Shown in pieces: positions 29,735-42,317 of a stretch of 64,000 nucleotides of DNA (position 1 is its first letter; each line of letters begins with the position of its first letter). The position numbers and the translations under genes were made by a program. Source of the stretch: Eledone cirrhosa. Lineage: Eukaryota. The notes beneath the pieces are model-generated. The model was given only the letters and a program-made list of their open reading frames with translations, was not told the origin of the DNA and searched no databases. Location: assembly GCA_964016885.1 (NCBI GenBank), contig OZ024742.1, positions 43,462,001 to 43,526,000 of the forward strand. The letters are read 5' to 3'.

Positions 29735-30185
29735 TGGACGTGTAAAAGACATGACAAAAAGCACCCAGCACACGCTGCCAATGTGGTGGGCATTAGGAAG
29801 GGCATCCAGCCGTAGAAAACCAGCCAGAAACTCTCCTATATTGAGCGATACACGGTCACCCGACCCAACTTGCCTCTAAATGGGACAAACCCACCTAACC
29901 TATGCTAGCGTGGAAGATAGATGTTAATCGATGATGATGATGTTGATGATGCTAACGTGGAAGATGGACGTTAAACGATGATGATGATGATGATGATGTA
30001 TGTTTATATATATATATATATATGTATATAAAGTACTCAGTCCACACTGTAACGTGGTTGGTGTTATGAAGGGCATCAAGCCATAGACCAAGCATGATGT
30101 AGTCACCTGACCTGATTTGTCTCAAAATATAACAACCTGTCTAACCCATGCAAGCATGGAAAATACACATTAAATGATGATGATG
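29735..30185 (+). mobile_element. Two RTE-tail SINE fragments ending in (ATG)n
   Basis: TTAGGAAGGGCATCCAGCCGTAGAAA motif and AACCCATGC(A/T)AGC(A/G)TGGAA tail, shared with other copies in the window. Confidence 0.7.
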
Positions 30186-30203
30186 TTAATGACAGTTATA
30201 ATA

Positions 30204-30390
30204 ACTGTTTCTACTTTAGGCACAAGGCCAGCAATTACCCAGTGCATTACTGGTACTTTATTTTATCGACCCCGTAAGGATGAAAAGCAAAGTCAACCTC
30301 GGCGGGATTTGAACTCAGATCGTAAAGGGACGTAACTATGCTGGAAAGCATGGCGTCCGACCCTCTACCGATACTGCCAATCCACCGCCA
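30204..30390 (-). mobile_element. tRNA-derived SINE (family A), near full length
   Basis: Near-identical in reverse to 52779-52975, and flanked by the direct repeat CAGTTATAA (candidate target-site duplication, TSD). Confidence 0.88.
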
Positions 30391-30463
30391 TCAGTTATAA
30401 CAGTTATACTAGTTATTATAATCAGAATATGATCTATTTTTCTCTTTCAACTATATTTTGTAG

Positions 30464-30590
30464 TCATGCATTACAAGATCAATCTACGTCTCGGTGCATC
30501 AATTTACCGTGGAAAAATAGCAAAAGGAAATTTGTATGTCCAGCTAGTAGGTACAAAATCCCAGACTGACATGAAACAGGTCACTGACAG
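30464..30590 (+). CDS. Pancreatic-lipase-like gene, internal exon (start of PLAT/LH2 domain)
   Basis: Polypyrimidine TTTTGTAG acceptor and AG|GTAAGT donor. 127 nt, phase 1 to 2. Encodes MHYKINLRLGASIYRGKIAKGNLYVQLVGTKSQTDMKQVTD, like the lipase 'YHYxVxxxL...GxLYVxLxG' segment. Confidence 0.85.
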
Positions 30591-30617
30591 GTAAGTACAC
30601 ACACTCTCACATCTATA

Positions 30618-30660
30618 GGTATGTGTGTGTGTGTGTGTATGTGTGTGTGTGTGTGGGTGT

Positions 30661-30719
<59 letters not shown>
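30618..30719. repeat. (GT)n microsatellite
   Basis: Seen directly. Confidence 0.97.
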
Positions 30720-30721
<2 letters not shown>

Positions 30722-31046
30722 AATACATACATAAATATATGTCATCATTATCGTACATTATACATCCATTTTCCATACTGGCATGGTTTAGTAGGTTGTC
30801 ACAGTCCATGACTAAATGGGTTTGAAAACGATGTCTTGCTCATATGTTCCATATTTTGGTATAGTTTCTATGCCTAGATGCCCTTACTAATGCCTAGAGT
30901 CTACTGGGTGCATATTATCATAACATTAACTCTAAAGGGGTTAGTGCTCACCAGGATAATGGTTCCTCTCTACTCAATGTTGTTCTGGTTCGTGCAACAA
31001 CCATGGACTCAGCACCTCGAATGGAATGCAAATAAACAAATAAATA

Positions 31047-31227
<181 letters not shown>

Positions 31228-31424
31228 GAAATGACAGGAGGCTGGACTTGTGTAAATCCTTGAAAGGTTTATTATACTATGATCATATATATATATAGTG
31301 TATGTGAATCAGTGAATATCTGGTGGTGGTACCAAAATTACCACTTAATGCTCAGGTAGAGTGAATAGTGAATATATTAAGAAATGCGATGAAGATTCTT
31401 TTACATATATATACATATATATAT

Positions 31425-31866
31425 CATCATCATCATCACCGTTTTACGTCCGTTCTTCCATGCTAACATGAATTAGACGGGTTGTCTTGTTATGGGCATT
31501 GTCAGGTTGACTGACCTTATCTTGCTCATATGGGAACTAATTCTGGCTTGATTTCTACAGCCGGATGCCCTTCCTAACACCAACTTCATTTACAGTGAGT
31601 GCTGGGTGCTTCTTTTCCGTGGCACCTACATGTCCACGTTACAGTGTGGGCTGGGTGCTTTTTTGCCATGGCACCTCCACAACCACTTTGCAGTGGAATG
31701 ATAGGGACCCCAGTCCTATCATCTCATTTCTACAGCTGAGTAAACTGGAGCAATGTGAAATAAAGTGTCTTGCTCAAGGAAACAACACATCACCCGTTCC
31801 GAGAATTGAACTCACAAGCTTTCGATTGCAAGGCCAATGATGTAACCACTAAGCCATGCACCTTCA
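31425..31866 (-). mobile_element. tRNA-headed SINE (family B) with RTE-like tail
   Basis: Reverse reads GGCTTAGTGGTT (A box), GAGTTCAATTC (B box), CCTTGAGCAAGACACTTT core and an (ATG)n tail. Matches 44241-44597. Confidence 0.88.
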
Positions 31867-31867
31867 T

Positions 31868-34181
31868 ATCATCATCATCATCATCATCATCATTTTACTT
31901 CCACTTTTCCCTGCTTGCTAGGGTGGGATGGGTCTTATTCAGCACAGCATCTCTCCACTTGTCATAATCCTTCGTCATCTCCTCCGTGAGCTTCAGCAAT
32001 CTGAGGTCATTCTCACCACCTCCGCCTATGTTTTTTGTGGTCTACCTCTACCACATCTTCCTTCAACTGGCATTTCCTGGCACTTCTTCACCCATCAGTC
32101 ATCCTCCATGTGCATCACATGTCCATACCACCGCAGTCTCCTCTCTCGCACACTACATTCTATCCCTCTCAGACACAATTTCTCTCTCAACACATCCATG
32201 CTGGGTCGTTCACGCACATTGACATTGCACATCAAACGGAGCATGCTTGCCTCATTTCTCTCCAACCATCGCATATCCTCTGCAGGTGCTGCCCAAGTCT
32301 CACTACCATGCAGCATCGTGCTCCTCACACAGGCATTATATAACCAGCCTTTCGTATGCAGGGAGAAACCCTTCTTCGTCAGCAGAGGAAGCAGCTCCCT
32401 AAACTTTTTCCAATCCGTCCTTATTCTAGATACTATGGCCTCGGAACACCCCCTCCCATGCTAATCTGACCTCCTAGGTACCGGAAGCTATCAACCACAT
32501 CTATAGCACCCACCTGCATTGGAAAAATGTGTCTATCACTGCAATTAATACTGCCAACTGTCCCTGTACATCTACTGCATAAATAGTTTTCCCTACCTGT
32601 TAGTTTGCCTGCTATCCCACTACATCTCTTGTGTACCCAGGATCTGCATTGTGTGCATTTTATAGAATTTATGCCAGTTCTTTTTCTGCATATCGAACAT
32701 GGCCATTTCCCTGATGGAATCAGAGTTTTGTCCTCTTTTCTACTCATCAACACTTTTGTCTTAGCTATGTTCAATCTCAGTCCTCTTGCTTCCAACTGCT
32801 GTTTCCATAGCCAAAATTTATTCTCTAGCTCCTCTACTGATTCTGCTATAAGAACCAGATCGTCAGCATAGATAAGTTCCCATGGACAGCCAGTCTTAAA
32901 CTCCTCTGTTATGGCTTGGAGGACTATAATGAACAAGATCGGGCTGAGGACCGAACCTTGATGTACTCCTACTTGTATCTGGAATTCCTCACTAAACTCC
33001 ATTCCTACCCTGACTTTACTGACAGCACCTCTGTACAAAGTTTGCACTGTCCTCACAAGCCATTCTTCAACACCTAGTTTCCTTAGGGACCACCAGATGA
33101 CAGATCGGTGTACCCTATCAAAGGCCTTCTCTAGGTCAACAAAAGCTAAGTATAGTGGCTTATTCTTCTCTAAGAACCTCTCTTGTAATTGTCTCAACAA
33201 GAAGAGGGCATCTGTTGTACTTTTCCCAGGCACAAAACCAAACTGCATCTCATCTAGTTTTACCCTTTCTCTAATTAGTTGTGCTAATATCCTTTCTGCC
33301 ACTTTCAAAACCTGATTCATCAGTTTTATACCCCTATAATTGCTCCTCTCCAGAGCATCCCCTTTCCCTTTGTAGAAATTTATGAGAATACTGCTGCACC
33401 AGTCTTTGGGTATGACACCACCATATATAGCCTGATTGATGATGCATGCAACCTGTTTAGTGCCTACGTCCCCTGATGCCTTCAGCTTCTCAGCAACTAT
33501 ACCCGATGGTCCAGCGGCCTTACTATTTTTCATTTCCTTAATCGCCTCTTGGACCCTATATTCGTCAATCTCAATAGCTGGTCCCTCTGTCGGATCTACT
33601 GAGGGTAATTTCTCTCTCTCCCATTCGTTCTCCCCATTCATCAGTCTCTCATAATGATATTTCCAGGCCACCTTTTTCTGATCATTCGTGACACTAAGTA
33701 CACCAGCATCATTCAGGACACATTTATCTCCAACAACATCCTGATTTGCATTGACACACTGCTTTGCAATGTGGAACACTGCACATCTCTGATCTTCCCG
33801 TCGCAGAACATTGGCAAACCTCCTACTCTCAGCCTCCCTGCGTGCTAAGTACACCTGATGTCTAGCTTCTCCCTTAGCGGCTGTATATCCTTCTCTACTC
33901 CCACCATTTTTCCAAGCCTTCCATGCTAGTCTTTTGTCTCTAATGGCCTTATCTACTGTGCTGTTCCACCACCAGGTTACTCTCTGTCTGGCTGGAGCTC
34001 TGCTCCAGCCACAAGTTTCATCAGTAGCCTGCAGTAAGTTGTCACGTAATAAATTCCAGTTATTATCTATGCCATACGACTCTAAATCGTCTTCTTTTTC
34101 GTCATACACATCTTGAAGGGCTTTCCTAAATTTGTATTTTAGTGAAAGGTCTTTTAGCTTCCAGGCCTTTCTTCTCCACAC
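31868..34181 (-). mobile_element. RTE-clade LINE, 5'-truncated, with one frameshift near 32450
   Basis: ORF 32433-34181 has WWWN, NYRGIKL, QFGFVPGKSTTDA, AFVDLEKAFDRV, GVHQGSVLSPILF and YADDLVL. A shifted frame continues CSEAIVSRIR...MLHGSETWA...RLRWYGHV. 3' tail ends in (ATG)n. Confidence 0.96.
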
Positions 34182-34224
34182 CTTCCTGTATGTCTTATTC
34201 TGTCTCTTGCTTACTGAGATATCA

Positions 34225-34283
<59 letters not shown>

Positions 34284-34551
34284 TCCTCATGTGTGTGTAT
34301 ATTTTATGTGTTTCCCATCATACCCTCTCCCCTTTTTTCCATTATCCCAACCTTCAACTATTGCTGTCTCTCTCCCACCATTTCTCCCTTTGTCACTCAA
34401 CTTTCTTTATACTGGTACCCTGATGAAATGCACCCAATATACTCTGTAAAATGGTTGCCATTAATAAAGGAATCTCGCAGTAGAAACTATGCCATGATGG
34501 AATGTATCTGAACAAGATTTTGATCTCCGACCCATCAAGGAAAATAATGGC

Positions 34552-34760
34552 TTAACCCTTTAGCATTTAAATCGGCTGTATCCAGCCAGAATTATTTCAC
34601 CTCTTTCTGTTCAAACCAGCCGTAATTGGCCTCTCATACTGATGTTAAGGTATTGTTCTCAAAATAAATGACATCAAAATCTCATAAATTCAATATTGTG
34701 AAGACTTTACCATGAAAATACAATTGTAAATATAGAGTAATGTAAATGCTAAAGGGTTAA
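34552..34760 (+). mobile_element. piggyBac-type MITE
   Basis: TTAA-CCCTTTAGCATTTA ... TAAATGCTAAAGGG-TTAA terminal inverted repeats (TIRs) with TTAA TSD. Confidence 0.92.
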
Positions 34761-34993
34761 ATGAAGAACTGATTTGGTCACTGGTAACCTATCAAAGCCA
34801 TGCAAGCATGGGAAAGTGGACATAAACTTTTGATGATGACCAGGATGTGTGTTCGTGTGTGGTGTGTGTGGTGGGGTGCATGTCCATGTGTGTGTGCACG
34901 TCTCTGTGGTGTGTGATCAATTGACGCACTTAATGTCGAATTGATGTTCTTTATTTTTGTTCTCTTATTTTCTTTGTGTGTCTTGTCTTTTAG

Positions 34994-35185
34994 TAATATT
35001 GACTTGGATCCTAAAAAGAATTTATCATTCTTGGTGAAAGAGGAACAGTCTCTTGGAGAAGTAATTGAGATGAAACTGAAGTGGAAATATAATAGAGATT
35101 TGTTAAAACCTTGGACTTGGGTTGGCAGTTCTCCCAAGAAGCTCTTGGTTTTCAAAATTGAAGTCATAGACGAGAAAGCAGTCCG
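34994..35185 (+). CDS. Pancreatic-lipase-like gene, penultimate exon (PLAT domain)
   Basis: TCTTTTAG acceptor and CG|GTAAGT donor. 192 nt, phase 2 to 2, in frame with the previous exon. Encodes NIDLDPKKNLSFLVKEEQSLGEVIEMKLKWKY...KPWTW...KLLVFKIEV. Confidence 0.85.
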
Positions 35186-35239
35186 GTAAGTGTTAACCTT
35201 TCATTGGAAATCTCAACTAAACCAAGTGTACTCGCTCAG

Positions 35240-35370
35240 TTTGTTGTTGGGGTTATTGATGTTGTTGTTGTTGCTGTTGTTTATGTTGTTGTTACCAGTA
35301 TTATTGATGTTATTTTTATTGTTCATGTTGTTGTTATTGTTTATATTATTGTTATTGTTGTTTTTATTGT
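35240..35370. repeat. Degenerate (TTG)n microsatellite
   Basis: Seen directly. It accounts for the poly-Leu/Val ORFs in the track. Confidence 0.9.
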
Positions 35371-35509
35371 TAACCCTAGATCCAACAGACACTTCATAAA
35401 AACTATTCCAGCTGTGACCATACTGACTTGTATACAGACACAGTATATCAAGGATTATATTAACGAATGTAACCTTTGTTTTTGTTTTTACGAAGCTGGG
35501 TGGATTTTT

Positions 35510-35855
35510 CAGAACATTTGGTTAACCATGAGGGGCTTGAAGAAACATTTGGCTGATCATGAGGGGCTTGAAGGAACATTTGGCTGACTATGAGAGGTTT
35601 AGGGAACATTTGGCTGACTATGAGAGGTTTAAAAACATTTGGCTGACCATGAAGGGTTTGAGAGACATTTTGCTGATCATGAGGATTTGAGGGACATTTG
35701 GTTGACCCTGTGGGCTTTCTTAGATATTTGGTTGACGATATGAGTTTTCTGGGACATTTTGCTAATCATGAGGAGTTTGAGAGACATTTAGCTGACCATG
35801 TGGATTCTCAGGGACATCTTGCTGATCATGTGGGATTTGTGGGACATTTGGCAAC
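35510..35855. repeat. 30-bp minisatellite (GGGACATTTGGCTGACCATGAGGGGTTTGA-like), about 11-12 diverged units
   Basis: ACATTT(G/T)G(C/T)TGA recurs every ~30 bp in the last lipase intron. Confidence 0.9.
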
Positions 35856-36277
35856 CTTTTAGAGATTTCTTTGTTGTCTCATATTAGTGTTAAAGTTGTA
35901 GTTGTTTAGCCCCTGGTTAATACTGATCAAGCAAATCTGTAACCAAAGATGTTTTAGCCTTGACCACCTAATTTTTTGTATCCAGTTAATTTTTCTCTGT
36001 TAAGTGAAATATGCATTAATTGACAGATTTTGGTTTCCCAACAATCTTTAATAACAATACCCAGCAGGGATAATGGCCTTAAAATGATTGTCATTGGTGT
36101 GTGATCTGGTAGTTCTCTTGAATAGCTAAGGTCAAAGCTTTCAAGAGAAGTTTTATAAAGTGGAACAAGCCTGATCTTAGGGGCTAAAAAAATAATGGAG
36201 GAGGAAATGAAAGCTTTGAGGTTGGTGAGAAGTATGCAGAAGAAGTCCACCATGAGGCCCAAAGGGCTACTCCATTC

Positions 36278-36525
36278 TTTAACCGTTTTGATACCAACCT
36301 GCTCAAAACTACCTCTGATTATATGAAACAAAACTACCCATTTTAAAGGGTTCCTATTTAAATTAAAATCTTCCAACAAAATTTGATATAAGAGCATTTT
36401 GTTAAATTATGTTTCAAACACCACATTGATAATGAAATAATAAATTCAGTAAATCTCTCTAAATTCTTAATTAATTAATTCAGATACATTATACTTGATT
36501 AGAAAAATGGTAACAGAGGAGTTAA
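36278..36525. mobile_element. Second TTAA-flanked MITE family, older
   Basis: TTAACCGTTTTGATACC...GGTAACAGAGGAGTTAA. Related sequence at ~41785-42121, ~43496-43560 and ~55427-55637. Confidence 0.65.
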
Positions 36526-36680
36526 CAGAAAAAATGGTGTTAACCCTCAAAACGCTGAAGTTTTTTATGAATTGCTTCCCTTGACACTACATTATATATT
36601 TAGGGGAGATTACTCTCTTGTCAAATGCTTGTTGTTTGTTATTGACTTTATGCCTTATTTCTCTATATTTATATTTCCAG

Positions 36681-36762
36681 CAAAATGTATTGCCATACAT
36701 TATACTCCAGTATCAAGCATGATTATGTACAAAGCTTCAAACTGAGCAACAGTTGTTCATAA
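36681..36762 (+). CDS. Pancreatic-lipase-like gene, terminal coding exon
   Basis: TATTTCCAG acceptor. Phase 2 gives (R)KMYCHTLYSSIKHDYVQSFKLSNSCS-stop, with the two C-terminal cysteines typical of pancreatic lipases. AATAAA at 36781 and further downstream. Confidence 0.8.
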
Positions 36763-37388
36763 CTACTTGGAAGACGGATGAATAAATGTTACTTTATCAA
36801 TAATTTTTTCAACATCTTTTCAAATTGAGTTAAAAGATTGTGGGTTTTCAAGGAGACTTTGTACAGATCTACTACGATGTGCATCATAATAAATAATTTA
36901 ACATTTCTTTAACAAAAGATGTTTCTAAATAGTACAATAAATGATTGTTTAGATAAATAAATTTACTTAGTTATTTAATTTTTATACTAATAGATTATTT
37001 ATTTATTTATGCATGGAAATAAAAAAAAAAGGGATTTTTTACTTATTTCATCATCATCATCATTTTATATTTGGTTTCTTTTTAGGATAGGTTGATGAAT
37101 CTAAATGAATCTGAGGATTACACCTTGTTCATTTTGGCATAGTTTTTGTGGCTGTATATTCTGCCTTCACCAACCACGTAACAGGGTGTATTGGGTGCAT
37201 TTCATCATGGCACCGGCACTACTTCTTTACAGAGTGTAATTGCTATATTTTTAGATAAAAGAAAAGGGACTAATTGTCAGATTGGACCAAGAAACTATGT
37301 TTCCATTGGTATTTTATTGCTAATACTTTCTGCAGGTTACAACTCCTGGCAGAAGCACCACTGCTTTTCCAGTGAGAGGAGGTGAAAT

Positions 37389-37595
37389 TTTACCCTTTAG
37401 CATTTAAACCAGCCATAACTGGCCAGAATTCTCTCACCTCTTTCTGTTCAAACTGGTCGTAACTGGCCACTCATACTAACGTTAAGGTATTGTTCTCAAA
37501 ATAAAGATCTTGTAGATTTGATATTATGTGAGATAAAGCTTTTTCTATGAAAATACAATAGTAAATATAGAGTAATGTAAATGCTAAAGGGTTAA
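37389..37595 (+). mobile_element. piggyBac-type MITE
   Basis: Same TIRs and interior as 34552-34760. The left TSD reads TTTA. Confidence 0.9.
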
Positions 37596-38321
37596 ACTCA
37601 GAACACAAAGAGCTGGAACAGATATCACAAAACATCCCATTTGACTCCTTACAATTCTGCCAATACATTACCTTTGGACTGATATGCTTCTATAAATTTA
37701 CATACTCATATAAAAGTCAAATTTTTTAGACTATTTTTATGTTAGATTTATAGGGTCAACTATTAAATAAGTACTATTTTTGAGGAGCAGAAATTTACAC
37801 CACATTCCAAAATACTGTATTAATAAGTAGAAGCCTCAATGAATAAAAGTAAAATTGTGAATCATAGTCTGTTGTCCGTGAAAAACTAGGGCTGACTTTT
37901 ACATGAGATGAAAGTTTTAAAGATGCTGCTCTTACTAGAGTACTTGAAAGTGGGCCTTTTGAACATATAGCTTAGCAGATTGACTACATTTCAATTGGGT
38001 TTTACATGATGGGAGAACAATCACAACATTAAAAAAAAGGCAAAATGAAGACATTAGAGTGGGTTATAGATATCCATGCTTAACACTTTGTAGTACAGTG
38101 TATGTCTAATGAAATGGACTGTACTTCAATTAATTAATGAAGAATTTTGAGTTCCCCACCCACTCTTATCACTGCCCGGCTGAGAACACAAAAGTCCTGG
38201 TGCTATGATAAAATGCACCCAGGACTCTGTAAATTGGTAGTGCTTGTGCTATAATAAATTACCCCCAGTCCACACTGTGTTAGAAGGGACATCAAACCTT
38301 AGAAATCATGCCAAAATATCT

Positions 38322-38912
38322 ATTTAAAGCTGTATATAGCTATGGTGCGATCACACTTAGAATTTGCATCACCAGTCTGGATCCCCTATCTTGCTCACAA
38401 TATTAACCTCCTGGAAACTATTCAGAGATGTGCAACTAAGTGAATACCCTCCATTAGGCATCTACCATATTCTGAATGCCTTGCTTCTCTGGGCATGGAT
38501 ACATTAAATTCGGCAACTGACTGGTAAACACCCACAAAATTATTAACCATCTTGCCAACAACAACTCTGACCACCTTTTTGAATTCCATGTGTCTAACAC
38601 CCGTGGGCATGTCCACAAAGTCAGAAAACAGCACAGCTCCCATGACTTTTAGAAACATTTTTTCACGCTCAGAGTTGCATCAGTTGTTAGCTGTTGGGAC
38701 ATTGTATCCTTCAAAACTTCCATATTTCCCGAAATTCGTCAATACTACATCTGATATTCCCCCTCCATACACATGCATGTATCTGTGTGTATATCATGAC
38801 TCATACACTGTTCACTTTCCTGACATTTGTACAATATTCTATATACTATATATGCATCTTTGGTGAGTTGCAGTGCACCTAAGCACTGTACACAATAATT
38901 TTCATTATATTT
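38322..38912 (+). mobile_element. CR1-type LINE 3' fragment with internal deletions
   Basis: Inverted homolog of ~28035-28635. The off-frame track ORFs MPTTTLTTFLNSMCLT and MPTTTVSTFLISMCLT are near-identical. Confidence 0.9.
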
Positions 38913-39084
38913 TCGTTATAAGACATGGTCATCTGACTTGTCAAATCTCAAAACCTGACAACCTGTTTGACACATGTTAGAATGGAAAAAATACGTAAAA
39001 CAGTGCTGCTGATAATGATGATATATCATCATCATCATCATCATTATCATTTAACAATATGTGTGTGGGTATGTATATGTGTAT

Positions 39085-39443
39085 GTCATCATCATCATCA
39101 TCATCATTTCATCATTTCATTTTAAGTCCGCTTTTCCCTGCTTGCAAGGGTGGGACGGGAACTGATTCTGGCTTGATTTCTACAGCTGGATGCCCTTCCT
39201 AACACCAACCTCATTTAACAGTGAGTGCTGGGTGCTTTTTTGCCATGGCACCTCCACGACCACTTTGCAGTGGAATTATAGGGACCCCAGTCCTATCATC
39301 TCATTTCTACAGCTGAGTAAACTGGAGCAATGTGAAATAAAGTGTCTTGCTCAAGGAAACAACACATCACCCGGTCTGAGAATTGAACTCACAACCTTTC
39401 GATTGCAAGGACAATGCTCTAACCACTAAGCCATGTGCCTCTA
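39085..39443 (-). mobile_element. SINE family B, full length
   Basis: Reverse complement of 44241-44597, with A/B boxes and the RTE-like tail. Confidence 0.9.
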
Positions 39444-39739
39444 TGTGTGTATATATATATGTGTGTGTGTATGTATATATGTGTATATTTGAGTGTGTGT
39501 ATGTATATATGTGTATATGTGAGTGTGTGTATGTATATATGTAAGTGTGTGTATATATATATGTGAGTATGTGTATGTATATATATGTGTCTGTTAACAT
39601 TTACTTGGTGATTCAACAAAAGGTGATCAATAAAACAAGTACCAAACTTTTAAAAAGTAAATGCTGGGGTCGATATGAGTGACTCAATCTCTTCAAGGCA
39701 GTACCCCAGCATGGTTGCAGTCTATTGATTGAAACACAG

Positions 39740-39967
39740 TTAACCCTTTAGCATTTAAACCGGCCATTTCCGGACAGAATTCTTTCACTTCTTTCTGTTC
39801 AAACCAGCAATAACCAGCCACTCATACTGATATTAATGTATTGTTCTCAAAATAAATAGTAACATCATCAAAATCTTGTAGATTCCATATCGTGTATAAT
39901 AATTACCATGAAAATATAACAGTAATCATCATCATCGTTTAAAGTAATGTAAATGCTAAAGGGTTAA
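39740..39967 (+). mobile_element. piggyBac-type MITE
   Basis: TTAA-CCCTTTAGCATTTA...TAAATGCTAAAGGG-TTAA. Confidence 0.9.
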
Positions 39968-41059
39968 AGAGTAAAAGAAAAGAATGTTTTCCAAAAACAA
40001 AAAGAAACTATAAATAGAAAATAGACACTTAAAAATATGTGAACAGCATTTTTAAAGTTGATATAATCATTCTTTCTATTGTATAATTTTCCTGACAGCC
40101 TGTCCTATTTTCACGGTTAAATATTTAAGGCTTTAAACTATCAACAATATGAAACATAGCTATCAGCACGTTAACTTCACAGTGAATGTGCATATCAAAT
40201 TTGCTGATGAGACTTGATAATGTGTATTTTTGTATTTATTGTATTATCTGTTTATTTATTTATGGTAGACTGGCAGACATGTCCAACCCTTGCTAGCAGG
40301 GAAAGTGAAAGCGAATGTTAAATGATGATGATGATGATGATGTAATACATTAAGAAATAATATAAATAATTTTAAAAATCCAATAATGATTTATGTAAAT
40401 ATAGATGGAGCTTGTACATGATTGTAGAAATAGCAGCTAATTAATAAACTATCATCTTAAAGAGACACTGAATAATCTATTCCTAGATACACCCTTAAAA
40501 AGATTGGTTGGTCATGGCCAGAAAGACACTGCTGCCATGCATGTAGCTAGGTCTCTCATGTATGGAATGTTACACCTGTTATTAAGTTGTAACATGCCTC
40601 TGACATTGAACTGTAGGGTTGATGAGAGATTACCTCTCAACATCCTGTACCACATGAAACCACATTAGCAAAACATTCTTTGAAAAGTACAAAACACTAC
40701 TATGTCTGCAACACATTAAAAATTGAAGTATTTACACTAAAACTGTAAATGTTCACAACAATCTGTCCACTAGTAAAGGTACTATAAACATTTGAATTAA
40801 CAAACCAGGTTTCAGATGTTTTGATAAGTGTCAGTTAACAGTCATGCATATACATTATTTCTCACATAATCAACTGCATCACATTAAATATTAATGTCTG
40901 TATTCTAATACTGTAAATTTCCATAACAATCTATTCAATAGTAAAGATGCTATAAACAGTTTCTAGATATTTTCTGCTATATCATTATAGGATATTAAGA
41001 GAGCTGTCTAGAGTAGTTATCCTAAGTATGTGTGTGGTGGCTTAAAAGAATCATTAGAG

Positions 41060-41525
41060 CAGTGGTTCCAAAATTGTGGGCTGCGATATGTAACTAGATG
41101 CACTGCAAAAGATTAACCCTTTAGCATTTACATTACTCTATATTTACTATTGTATTTTCATAGTAAACACTTTATTTCACATAATATCGAATCTATGAGA
41201 TATTGATATTTATTTTGAGAACAATACCTTAACGTCATTATAAGCACCCGGTTGTGGCTGGTTTAAACAGAAAGAGGTGAGAAAATTCTGGCCGGATATG
41301 ACCTGTTTAAATGCTAAAGGGTTAACAATAACTTAAATATATATGAGAGTTCTTATATAGCAGTCAAAGTGGCAAACAAATAAAGTTGAGTAACAAGATT
41401 TGCAATAAATAGCACAATAAGTCAACTCTTTTGAATAAATATTTGAATTTATGGTACAAAGTGCAGCAGTATATTTTTGCTTTTTCAAAAATGTGCCATG
41501 TGTAAAAGTAGTTTGGGAACCACTG
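41060..41525. mobile_element. hAT-type non-autonomous element
   Basis: CAGTGGTTCC...GGAACCACTG TIRs and a perfect 8-bp TSD CATTAGAG (41052-41059, 41526-41533). Confidence 0.9.
41113..41325 (-). mobile_element. piggyBac-type MITE nested in the hAT element
   Basis: Same TIRs and TTAA TSD, with the interior reversed relative to 34552-34760. Confidence 0.9.
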
Positions 41526-42276
41526 CATTAGAGTCAGGCAAAATACCTCTCAGTATTTAGTTTCAGTCAGATTTCAAATGCCATCAAGATCAACTTTACC
41601 TGTCATCCTTTTAGGGGATGATAAAATAAAGTACCAATCAAAAACTTGAATAAATATAATCAATATCTGTATATTGGTGTGCGTAATATATCTGTTGTAT
41701 GAAGGTCAACTACAACACTATCTTCTGCAGTGAGAAAAAAATGTTGTTTAACTAGCAGCTTGTCCTACATCTGCATATTACCTTTTAACCCCTTTGTTAT
41801 CATACTTCTAATGAAATACTTTGTAATTGAAATAGAAGCTTCACCATAATATTTTGACTAAATAATATAGTCTAGTAATGGGGCATATAAATTCCAAACT
41901 TCACTCACCGTGTTCTAAACACTTCTTTTGAAATACTTTGTATTTTAATTAATGAATTAAGAACTTGGGAGAGATTTGCTAAAATTATAATTGTATTAGG
42001 TTAGTATTTGTAACATAAAATGTTCTTATATAAAATTATGTTGGAAGGTTTTAACTTAAAATGGATGGTTTTGTTTCATAGAAACAGGCAATTTTGGATG
42101 GGGGTGGTATCAAGAAGGTAAATGGGAACAAAGAGTGCATTGTATACCTTTTAGATGACTGTCATTCAGGTAACTCTGTTTTACTGATCATATACAGATC
42201 TCAGAGCTGTATTTGTTTGGCAAATGATTTGATCTGAGACTATGTGTTGAAACTAAAATATTTTAGTCATCTGAGC

Positions 42277-42317
<41 letters not shown>

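Noticed and set aside
35190-35587. Hydrophobic poly-Leu/poly-Val membrane-protein-like ORFs
   Set aside because: They arise from a (TTG)n tract inside the lipase intron.
35954-36397. 147-aa minus-strand ORF
   Set aside because: No recognisable motif. It overlaps a MITE and what looks like a decayed plus-strand RT fragment (DLVVL...QEKF).
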